NCBI GenBank assembly: GCA_051747965.1
Contig: JBNJGS010000001.1
Span: 40,311-104,310 of the forward strand
Direction: 5' to 3'
Source: Bacteroidota bacterium
GTDB lineage: Bacteria; Bacteroidota; Bacteroidia; Bacteroidales; ML635J-15
DNA: 64,000 nucleotides
Translations under genes and position numbers: made by a program
Notes under the pieces: generated by a model
Told to the model about the DNA's origin: nothing
Databases searched by the model: none
The model's input: the letters and a program-made list of their open reading frames with translations, nothing else
Part shown: positions 27,233-35,099 of the stretch, piece after piece
Layout: each line of letters starts with the position of its first letter
How positions within the stretch are numbered: position 1 is the first letter of the stretch

Positions 27233-28741
27233 TCAGTCCTCATCGCTTTGATGCCAGTCCCTGCTTCTTTCAACAGCACGTTTCCATCCTGCGTATAAGG
27301 TCTGTCTCTTCCCGGGGTCCATGGCAGGCTGAAAATTTTTGCCGGTCTTCCACATTTGACTCAGTTTCTGCATATTGGCAAAACCCACACCCAGGGCTGC
27401 CAGAAAGGCGGCTCCCAGGGCAGTGGTTTCGGTAATCTCAGGTCTTGAAACTGCCAGGCCGGTGATATCTGCCTGAAACTGCATCAGAAAATTATTGGTA
27501 GTTGCACCACCATCAACACGCAGGCTTTCTGTTTCAAGTTCAGCACTTTCCTGCATAATTTCCAATACATCGCGGGTCTGGTAAGCAAGGGATTCGAGCC
27601 CGGCACGAACAATCTCCGCTTTGCCGGCAGCCTGTGTAATTCCCACAATGGTACCTCGGGCATCCGGATCCCAGTATGGTGTACCCAAACCGGCAAAAGC
27701 AGGGACAAAATAAACACCGGCAGTATTGTCTGTCTGAGCGGCCAGTGTTTCTGATTCTGCTGCCGTATCAATCAATCCCAATTTATCACGCAGCCATTTG
27801 ATGGTAGCTCCGGCAAAAAAAACCGAGCCTTCCAGGGCATAAGTCGGGATGCCATCAATACGCCAGGCTACTGTACGCAACAAACCATCTTCCCGGATCG
27901 CAGGACAAGTATTTCCCACATTCATCAACATAAAACAACCCGTACCATACGTATTTTTTACCATGCCGGGCGTGTGGCATGCCTGGCCGAACAGGGCTGC
28001 CTGCTGATCACCGGCAATGCCTGTTATGGGGATAGATACTCCTGAAAACAGATCGGGATGGGTTTTGGCAAGCATACCGGAAGAATCACTCAGTTCAGGA
28101 AGCATAGCAGCCGGCACGTCAAAATAGTGGAGCAATTCATCATCCCAGTCAAGGGTGAGAATATTGAAAAGCAGCGTACGTGAAGCATTGCTTACATCTG
28201 TGATGTGGTATTCACCTCCACACATTTTCCATATCAGCCAGCTATCAATGGTACCAAACAAATATCTGCCCTGTTTGGCTCCGTCCATGATATCAGGATA
28301 GGAATTCAGCAGCCATTGCAATTTGGTACCTGAAAAATAAGGATCACTGAGCAGGCCGGTTTTGCGACGTATTATCCGCGAAATTTCCTCCTGCCCCATA
28401 CGCTCGCACTTATTGGCTGTACGCTTATCCTGCCAGACAATACAAGGATACACAGGCTTACCGGTTTTCTTATCCCACACCACAAAGCTTTCTCTTTGAT
28501 TGGTGATTCCGATACCGGCAATTTCAGATGGATGAATATTGAGCTTTTGCATCACATCCCGGGCTGTTTTTATCTGGGTTTCATATATGGCAACCGGGTC
28601 CTGTTCAACCCAAGCGTCTTTCGGATATTGCTGCGTGGTTTCTTCCTGACTGAGACCAAGCAATCGAAAGTTCTTATCAAAAACAAGGCTCCGGCAACTG
28701 GTTGTGCCCTGATCAAAAGCAAGAATGTATGATTTTCCCAT
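27233..28741 (-). CDS. glpK: glycerol kinase
   Basis: 502 aa. YILAFDQGTTSCRSLVFD, GITNQRES and GDQQAALFGQ are FGGY kinase / GlpK signatures. Confidence 0.92.
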   Translation of the reverse strand: MGKSYILAFDQGTTSCRSLVFDKNFRLLGLSQEETTQQYPKDAWVEQDPVAIYETQIKTARDVMQKLNIHPSEIAGIGITNQRESFVVWDKKTGKPVYPCIVWQDKRTANKCERMGQEEISRIIRRKTGLLSDPYFSGTKLQWLLNSYPDIMDGAKQGRYLFGTIDSWLIWKMCGGEYHITDVSNASRTLLFNILTLDWDDELLHYFDVPAAMLPELSDSSGMLAKTHPDLFSGVSIPITGIAGDQQAALFGQACHTPGMVKNTYGTGCFMLMNVGNTCPAIREDGLLRTVAWRIDGIPTYALEGSVFFAGATIKWLRDKLGLIDTAAESETLAAQTDNTAGVYFVPAFAGLGTPYWDPDARGTIVGITQAAGKAEIVRAGLESLAYQTRDVLEIMQESAELETESLRVDGGATTNNFLMQFQADITGLAVSRPEITETTALGAAFLAALGVGFANMQKLSQMWKTGKNFQPAMDPGKRQTLYAGWKRAVERSRDWHQSDED

Positions 28742-28863
28742 AGACTTGATTTGTTTTGAGACCTAAAGATAACAAATACTGTTGTATTCACAGCACATCA
28801 TGTCCAACTGATAGCTGAATAAACACAAACCCGGGCAGCATGTCATAGATTCTCAAATCCAAA

Positions 28864-29796
28864 TCACTTTTTCAGTTTTCTGAGGTAGAAATTGTGTTCC
28901 CCAAAATTCAATTTCAGAAGCTTCTTGTCATTGATGAGCTGTTCCACAAGCTGCATATCTGCATTGTTCTTGTTGAGCAATTCCCGGAGTGCATCCTCAC
29001 GCATGGGATGTACCGCGGTAATACTGAGAATATCTGATTCAGCATCTCCGCTGGCGGCAAAAGCATTGCCTTCATACCCAATCAACAACTCAGCGCGTTT
29101 TACTTTTTCAGAAAACAATGCCCAGGCCGTTTGCAGGGCTTTTTCTCCGGCCGGTTTAACATCCGGATCAGCAGGCGGACGTGTGGGAATGGCGATATAT
29201 GCCACATCAGGATTTATTTCACCCAGAAAATCAGCCATCTTACGCAATTCAGCTTCCTTGTCATTGTATCCATCTATCAGCATACTTTCTGTCATAAGAT
29301 AGCCCTCATAGGCAGACGCAAAATCACGCACACCCTGTTTTACGGTTTCGAAATCCAGGTTTTTATGCGGGCGATCCACTTTACGCCACATCTCTTCTGT
29401 TGCAGCATCTACTTTGACTGATACGCGATCAGTTTTGAGCAAAGCCTTCCTCACCTGCTCATCCCACAACAATGATGCGTTGGAAATCACTGCTACGGGC
29501 ACATCCAGCTTTTTCAGGCCGGTAATCAATTCTTCCAGACGGGCATCCAGGGCAGGCTCCCCATCGGGAACGAGGGTAAGATAATCCACTTTATCAGCAG
29601 TATTAAGCCGCTCTTTCACCTGCCGGACAATATCTTCCGGGTCATAAAATGCCTCACGTTCTGTCTGCATGCGAATGGCATTCCCAAGCTGACAATATCT
29701 GCAGGCGTAGGTACATATTTTCGGCGGTATGTGGTTGATTCCAATACTTTGTCCCAGCCGCCTCGATGGAACAGGACCAAATATTATCTGAGCCAT
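28864..29796 (-). CDS. radical SAM protein (unknown substrate)
   Basis: 310 aa. The N-terminus is FGPVPSRRLGQSIGIN followed by the CX3CX2C motif (CTYACRYC). It is the last gene of a tightly packed 5-gene operon. Confidence 0.8.
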   Translation of the reverse strand: MAQIIFGPVPSRRLGQSIGINHIPPKICTYACRYCQLGNAIRMQTEREAFYDPEDIVRQVKERLNTADKVDYLTLVPDGEPALDARLEELITGLKKLDVPVAVISNASLLWDEQVRKALLKTDRVSVKVDAATEEMWRKVDRPHKNLDFETVKQGVRDFASAYEGYLMTESMLIDGYNDKEAELRKMADFLGEINPDVAYIAIPTRPPADPDVKPAGEKALQTAWALFSEKVKRAELLIGYEGNAFAASGDAESDILSITAVHPMREDALRELLNKNNADMQLVEQLINDKKLLKLNFGEHNFYLRKLKK

Positions 29797-29803
29797 AAAA
29801 CCA

Positions 29804-30118
29804 TTATTTTACTTTTTTCAGTGCTTCGCGAATGCTGATTTGTCCGACTTGAGATTTCATCTTCACCCCTGCCTGTTTCAGTACATCTGAAGCTTTGGGG
29901 CCAAAAGGACCACTGGTGACAACCATATCTGCATCTGCCTGAATCACGCTCTGTGCAGCCTGAATGCCAACACCATGTCCGGCATTTTTTTCCGTGTTCT
30001 CAATAAAATGCAGACTGTCATCAGCATCATCGTACACGACAAAACCTGCAGCCCGTCCAAAACGTTCGTCCAAAACAGCATCAAAAGATGCCTTATTTGC
30101 TGGAAATACAATTTTCAT
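29804..30118 (-). CDS. NifB/NifX-family (dinitrogenase FeMo-cofactor-binding-like) small protein
   Basis: 104 aa. ERFGRAAGFVVYD and MVVTSGPFGPKA...LKQAGVK show the typical small NifX-like fold pattern. Confidence 0.75.
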   Translation of the reverse strand: MKIVFPANKASFDAVLDERFGRAAGFVVYDDADDSLHFIENTEKNAGHGVGIQAAQSVIQADADMVVTSGPFGPKASDVLKQAGVKMKSQVGQISIREALKKVK

Positions 30119-30128
30119 AACTTTTTGT

Positions 30129-31004
30129 TTATTTTACTGTGTTTACAATATCCTGCCATATATTTTCAAAAATGGCAGTTAAATCACTGCGTCCGGTTTC
30201 CGGGACAGTCAAGCCTTCACTAACAGCCCTTGAAAATACCGGATCATATGGCAATTCCCGTGTATATCCAAGGTTGTTTTCTTCGGCAAATGCTTTGATT
30301 TTCCTGCGATAATCAGGATTAATATCTGCTTTGTTCAGAACTATCATGGCTGGAATTTCCATTTTCTGCAGCAATTCATTGACTCTTTTCATATCGTGCC
30401 AGCCGGAAGTGGTGGGTTCGGTCACCACCAATGCCATAGAAGCACCGGACATGGCAGCAATTACAGGACATCCAATCCCCGGCGGGCCATCTGTAAGGAT
30501 GATATCCCGGCCTTCCCTTTCAGCAATCACACGACTGCGGTTTTTTACTTCGGTTACCAGTTTTCCGGAATTATCTGCTCCGATGTTTAGTTTTGCGTGT
30601 ACCATAGGACTGCTTTGTCTGGTAAAAGCCTCGAACAGGATACCGGCTGCCTGGGTTTCCAGGTGCAGGGCATTGTGGGGGCAGACATGGGTACACAAAC
30701 CGCAACCTTCACATTCTATGGGATTAATTTTCAGTTCTGCATTCTCAACAGATATGGCATCAAAATGGCAATGATCAATGCAAATGCGGCAACGGATACA
30801 TTTTTCCTGATTGACAACAGCCAATTTCCCACCATAAAAAATTTCTTCTCTGGTATTGTCCGGAGCCATCAGCAAATGCATATCGGCAGCATCCACATCG
30901 GCATCCGCCAGTACAATATCATTGGCAGCAAGCCATGCCAGCCCGGCGGTTATGGATGTCTTTCCACATCCACCTTTTCCGGATATTACAACAACTTCTT
31001 TCAT
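30129..31004 (-). CDS. MinD/ParA-type P-loop ATPase with inserted 2x[4Fe-4S] ferredoxin domain
   Basis: 291 aa. It has a deviant Walker A (SGKGGCGKTS), the inserts CIRCRICIDHC and CEGCGLCTHVCP, and DGPPGIGCP. Confidence 0.85.
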   Translation of the reverse strand: MKEVVVISGKGGCGKTSITAGLAWLAANDIVLADADVDAADMHLLMAPDNTREEIFYGGKLAVVNQEKCIRCRICIDHCHFDAISVENAELKINPIECEGCGLCTHVCPHNALHLETQAAGILFEAFTRQSSPMVHAKLNIGADNSGKLVTEVKNRSRVIAEREGRDIILTDGPPGIGCPVIAAMSGASMALVVTEPTTSGWHDMKRVNELLQKMEIPAMIVLNKADINPDYRRKIKAFAEENNLGYTRELPYDPVFSRAVSEGLTVPETGRSDLTAIFENIWQDIVNTVK

Positions 31005-31891
31005 ACATCCATCCGTTTTTTCAGATTATCCGTCAGTGTATTCCAGGCATCGGCAATCTCTTCATTCAGGTTATATACAAGCTCTCCACGTGAGTAAGCT
31101 TCTGCAATGGCCTGACTCTGAGGTATACGGCCCAGAATTTCCAGACCTTCTTTTTGACAATACTCTTCTATCAACTCATCCCTGCCGCTACCTGCTTTAT
31201 TGATCACAACACCTGTGGGTCTGCCAAGCTTTCGGACAGTTTCTACAGCAAGCCCAAGATCGTGGAGTCCAAAAGGTGTTGGTTCAGTTACCATCAGCAC
31301 ATAATCTGCATCTTTGGTTACCTCCATCATGGGACAAGACGTTCCGGGCGGTGCATCAATAAGAATCAGGCTGTCATCCACTGCAGCTTTTTCCATTTTG
31401 TCCAGTGCTTCGGAAATCAAGGGGACAGCACTGGGCTGGCCAACTTCCAGACGGTTTTCTATCAGACTGAGATTTTCCTGTACCGGTTTGAAATACCGGG
31501 ATTCGCCCATCCTGTGTTTTTTCATTGGCAGGGCATCAGCCGGGCAAAGGGTGGAACAGGCATGACAGGAATGACAAAGGTCCGGAAATATCAAAACCCT
31601 GCTACCTAAAAACGCGATGGCATTGAACTCGCAGACCTGAGAGCATTTGTTGCAGAGCGTACATTTTTGCTCCTCCCAAACAGGTACAAGACGGTGCTCA
31701 TCCTGAACAAGTATTGTTTTTGCATCACTAAAAAACAGGGAGGCATTGGGTTCCTCTACATCCAGATCGCTGAGTAAAACCTGATTCGCAAAAGCAGGCA
31801 AATCTTCAGCCAGCCGGGCAGCAAGGTTTACTGACAAACTGGTTTTACCCGTTCCGCCTTTACCACTGGCAATGGCAATTTTATATCTCAT
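31001..31891 (-). CDS. MinD/ParA-type P-loop ATPase with inserted 2x[4Fe-4S] ferredoxin domain (paralog)
   Basis: 296 aa. It has SGKGGTGKTS, CTLCNKCSQVCE, CHSCHACSTLCP and DAPPGTSCP. There is a 4-nt overlap with the downstream paralog. Confidence 0.85.
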   Translation of the reverse strand: MRYKIAIASGKGGTGKTSLSVNLAARLAEDLPAFANQVLLSDLDVEEPNASLFFSDAKTILVQDEHRLVPVWEEQKCTLCNKCSQVCEFNAIAFLGSRVLIFPDLCHSCHACSTLCPADALPMKKHRMGESRYFKPVQENLSLIENRLEVGQPSAVPLISEALDKMEKAAVDDSLILIDAPPGTSCPMMEVTKDADYVLMVTEPTPFGLHDLGLAVETVRKLGRPTGVVINKAGSGRDELIEEYCQKEGLEILGRIPQSQAIAEAYSRGELVYNLNEEIADAWNTLTDNLKKRMDV

Positions 31892-31897
31892 AATCTT

Positions 31898-32233
31898 TTA
31901 GTGATCACACAGATTCTCATTTGTCACCAGTTTTCCTGCAAGAAAATCTTCTACCAGACGATCAGCAGTTTTGCCGGGGACACCTACATAAACATTTACA
32001 CCGGCCTCCTGAAAAAGGGTAATGGCACGCTGTCCCATACCTCCGGCAAGAATATCTGTAGCGCCTTTATCTGCCAGCCATTTGGGCAGCAAGCCGGGCT
32101 CATGAGGAGGTGCATCCAGCAAAACATGCTTCTTTACTTCATTATTTTCAGTATCATATAAAGCAAAATGATCACAATGACCAAAATGCTGACTCAATAA
32201 TCCGTTGGATACGGGGATGGCAACTTTTTTCAT
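31898..32233 (-). CDS. NifB/NifX-family small protein
   Basis: 111 aa. The motifs are HFGHCDHFALYD and ILAGGMGQRAITLFQEAGVNVY. Confidence 0.75.
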   Translation of the reverse strand: MKKVAIPVSNGLLSQHFGHCDHFALYDTENNEVKKHVLLDAPPHEPGLLPKWLADKGATDILAGGMGQRAITLFQEAGVNVYVGVPGKTADRLVEDFLAGKLVTNENLCDH

Positions 32234-32257
32234 TTTTTATTGTCTTTTGGTTCGGGA

Positions 32258-32265
32258 CAAAGGTA
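32258..32265 (-). promoter_or_regulatory. candidate -7 box (TACCTTTG) for the NifX/MinD-Fer4/radical SAM operon
   Basis: The minus strand reads TACCTTTG, which matches TAnnTTTG. It lies about 25 nt upstream of ATG 32233. Confidence 0.4.
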
Positions 32266-32419
32266 ATTATTTTAAACATATGTTCATTACAAAAATGATT
32301 TGATTTTAATAAAATCCTTAATTACCGAATAGAATGGGTGTATAACAAAATTTGTTGATAAAAGCCTTTCTGTTTTTCAATTTTAGATTTTACCTTTACA
32401 TCGAATTAATCAGAAAGCT

Positions 32420-34255
32420 ATGGAAAACTTTATTGTATCGGCAAGAAAATACCGTCCGGAATCATTTGAATCCGTTGTTGGTCAGGAGAATATCACCCGG
32501 ACACTGAAGAATGCCATCGGTCAGAAGCAGCTTGCCCAGGCGTATTTGTTTTGCGGGCCCCGTGGTGTTGGCAAGACAACCAATGCGAGGATTTTTGCCA
32601 AGACAATCAATTGTGAGAATCTGGATAATGATTTGAATCCATGCAATAAATGTGAAAGCTGCATTGCATTTAACGAGCAACGTTCGATGAACATCCACGA
32701 GTTGGATGCGGCCTCCAACAATTCTGTTGAAGACATCCGAAATCTGATTGATCAGGTCAGGATTCCTCCCCAGATAGGGCATTACAGTGTTTACATCATT
32801 GATGAGGTACATATGCTGAGCAGTTCAGCCTTCAATGCTTTCCTAAAAACGCTGGAGGAACCCCCTTCCCATGCAATTTTTATTTTGGCGACCACTGAAA
32901 AGCACAAGATTCTGCCCACCATCCTTTCGCGCTGTCAGGTATATGACTTCAATCGTATTGGTGTGAGAGAGATTGCCGACCGGTTGAGATTTGTTGCCAT
33001 GGAGGAGCAGATAGAAGCAGAAGTTGAAGCCTTGCAAATCATTGCTCAGAAGGCAGATGGTGCCATGCGTGATGCACTTTCAATATTTGATCAGATTGTT
33101 TCATTTTCCGGCAAAAAAGTAACATATCAGGATGCCATTGATAATCTGAATGTGCTGGATTATGATTATTATTTTCGTCTCACCGATGCTTTTCTTGCTG
33201 CCGATCATCTTGAAAGCCTGTTGATTTTCAACGAGATTCTGGAACACGGCTTTGACGGAAACTATTTCATCACTGGTCTGGCTGCTCATTTCCGCGACAT
33301 TCTGGTAGCAAGAGACACAAAGTCAAGCGAATTGCTGGAGGTTGGAGATAAAATCAAGGAGAGTTATATGACAACGGCAGGCAAATGCAGTGAGGCTTTT
33401 CTGATAAAAGCACTGGAATATGCCACAGAATGTGATTACCGGTACAAGGGCAGTCAGAACAAGCGTTTGCATGTGGAACTTGCTTTGATACGGATCAGCA
33501 ATATAATGCGTAACTCAAAGAAGCCTGTAAGCAGTGGGCAACCATCAGCACAACCCACGACAGAGCCCAAAAGGCCGGCACAGCCAAAGCCAAGCCCTGA
33601 GCGCAATGCAACGGTTTCACATGATCCGACGGGAAAATACGGACAATCTGAGGCTAAAAACGAGATAAAAAAGCCGGTTTCGAACAATCCTCAGCCACAG
33701 GAAAAACCAGACACGGAAAAAACCGGACCAGTGGCAGGCACATCCCATGATCAAAATGGCAAACCAGGTAATCCGCAAGCGAAGCAAGGCAATGGCAGCG
33801 GTATTTCCATTATGGCAGAGCTAAACAAAGCAGAAACAAATACTGAAAAAGCCGAAAAAGACAACAGCAGCCCGGGAGTTTCCGCTGAGGAAAATTTTGA
33901 TCAGGAAGCCTTAACAGGTGCATGGCTTTCTTTTGCTGAAAAGCATAAGAACCAGCCCCGTCTTTATCAGAACCTGAAAAAATACCAGCCGGTACTGAAA
34001 GACGGATTTAAACTTGAGGTAGAGATGCCTTCGGAAAGCATGAAACGGGTTATTTTAAACATCAAACCGGAAATAGTCCGCGATTTGCAGGAGCACTTAA
34101 ACAACGGCAAACTGGACTTGTTTGTCACTGTGCAGGAAATTGAAAACAATGGTTCAAAAACACCATACACAGCGGAAGAAAAATATGAGGCCATGGCACA
34201 AAAAAATCCTGCTATTCAGAAGTTGCGCCACGATTTTGACATGAATGTGCGATAA
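32420..34255 (+). CDS. dnaX: DNA polymerase III subunit gamma/tau
   Basis: 611 aa. It has the AAA+ core (GPRGVGKTT, IIDEVHML), a Zn module (CNKCESC), SRC (LSRCQ), and then a Pro/Gln-rich linker and C-terminal tau-like region. Confidence 0.9.
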   Translation: MENFIVSARKYRPESFESVVGQENITRTLKNAIGQKQLAQAYLFCGPRGVGKTTNARIFAKTINCENLDNDLNPCNKCESCIAFNEQRSMNIHELDAASNNSVEDIRNLIDQVRIPPQIGHYSVYIIDEVHMLSSSAFNAFLKTLEEPPSHAIFILATTEKHKILPTILSRCQVYDFNRIGVREIADRLRFVAMEEQIEAEVEALQIIAQKADGAMRDALSIFDQIVSFSGKKVTYQDAIDNLNVLDYDYYFRLTDAFLAADHLESLLIFNEILEHGFDGNYFITGLAAHFRDILVARDTKSSELLEVGDKIKESYMTTAGKCSEAFLIKALEYATECDYRYKGSQNKRLHVELALIRISNIMRNSKKPVSSGQPSAQPTTEPKRPAQPKPSPERNATVSHDPTGKYGQSEAKNEIKKPVSNNPQPQEKPDTEKTGPVAGTSHDQNGKPGNPQAKQGNGSGISIMAELNKAETNTEKAEKDNSSPGVSAEENFDQEALTGAWLSFAEKHKNQPRLYQNLKKYQPVLKDGFKLEVEMPSESMKRVILNIKPEIVRDLQEHLNNGKLDLFVTVQEIENNGSKTPYTAEEKYEAMAQKNPAIQKLRHDFDMNVR

Positions 34256-34270
34256 ATATCATGGTGGGTA

Positions 34271-35035
34271 TCAGCATTTTTGCCTGAAAACAGCACAAAA
34301 AATACCGGTTGCAACGGAAATATTCAGGGATTCCATATCTTTTCTGTCCTGTGGATAAGGAGGTATAGAAATACGCTGTGTACAGTAAGCTTCAAGTTCA
34401 TCCGATATCCCCTGCCCTTCATTCCCCATCAGCAACAAGCCTGTGGGAGAAATGCCGGCATCGTAAACTGAACGACCGTCCATAAAAGTTCCGTACACCG
34501 GATAATTTATTATTGTTTTCATTTCTTCAATGAAATCCGGAAGGTCCACATAATGCACATTCACACGAAACAAGGCGCCCATACTGGCCTGCACGACTTT
34601 GGGATTGTAGCAGTCCACTGTATCTTTGGAGCAGAATATATCAGAAATTCCAAACCAGTCTGCAATTCTTATTATGGCACCCAGGTTTCCGGGATCCTGT
34701 ATGCAATCCAGTCCGATACTCAGGTTTTGTAAACATTTCTGCCTGTTGATCGTAGGTTTTCTGACAGGCATAACAGCGATGACATCCGGGGCAGTTTTCA
34801 GGCTGCTGATCTGAGACAGTTGCTTATCATCTGCATGTTCAAAAAAAGGCAATTTTTTCCATTCCGGAAAAGATGTTATTATACTGTTGTTTGCAATCAG
34901 ACAATCAGGTTCAAGACCAATACTTAGTGCTTCAGATACGATTTTTCTGCCCTGAATCATAAACTGACCATACATCTCCCGGTATTTTTTTTGTTTCAGC
35001 GCCCGGTATTGCCTGATTTTTGCATTTGTTAACAT
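34271..35035 (-). CDS. TrmH/SpoU-family RNA 2'-O-methyltransferase
   Basis: 254 aa. The SpoU motifs are DPGNLGAIIRIADWFG, LLMGNEGQGIS and IPPYP...ESLNISVATGI. Confidence 0.8.
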   Translation of the reverse strand: MLTNAKIRQYRALKQKKYREMYGQFMIQGRKIVSEALSIGLEPDCLIANNSIITSFPEWKKLPFFEHADDKQLSQISSLKTAPDVIAVMPVRKPTINRQKCLQNLSIGLDCIQDPGNLGAIIRIADWFGISDIFCSKDTVDCYNPKVVQASMGALFRVNVHYVDLPDFIEEMKTIINYPVYGTFMDGRSVYDAGISPTGLLLMGNEGQGISDELEAYCTQRISIPPYPQDRKDMESLNISVATGIFCAVFRQKC

Positions 35036-35099
35036 GTTACAAAGTTAAAATTATCCTGCATTCAAACTTATTCCTTATTTTTGAAGCAAATTAGATAGA

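Noticed and set aside
28864-32233. Nitrogen-fixation (nif) gene cluster.
   Set aside because: Only NifX/NifB-fold small proteins are present, and the NifH-superfamily ATPases are of the MinD-ferredoxin type. There are no nifH, nifD, nifK, nifE, nifN or full nifB genes, so the cluster is treated as an uncharacterised metallocluster system instead.
32234-32419. An SRP RNA gene upstream of dnaX, as in Bacillus.
   Set aside because: The region is AT-rich with no extended helix. It looks like a divergent promoter region only.
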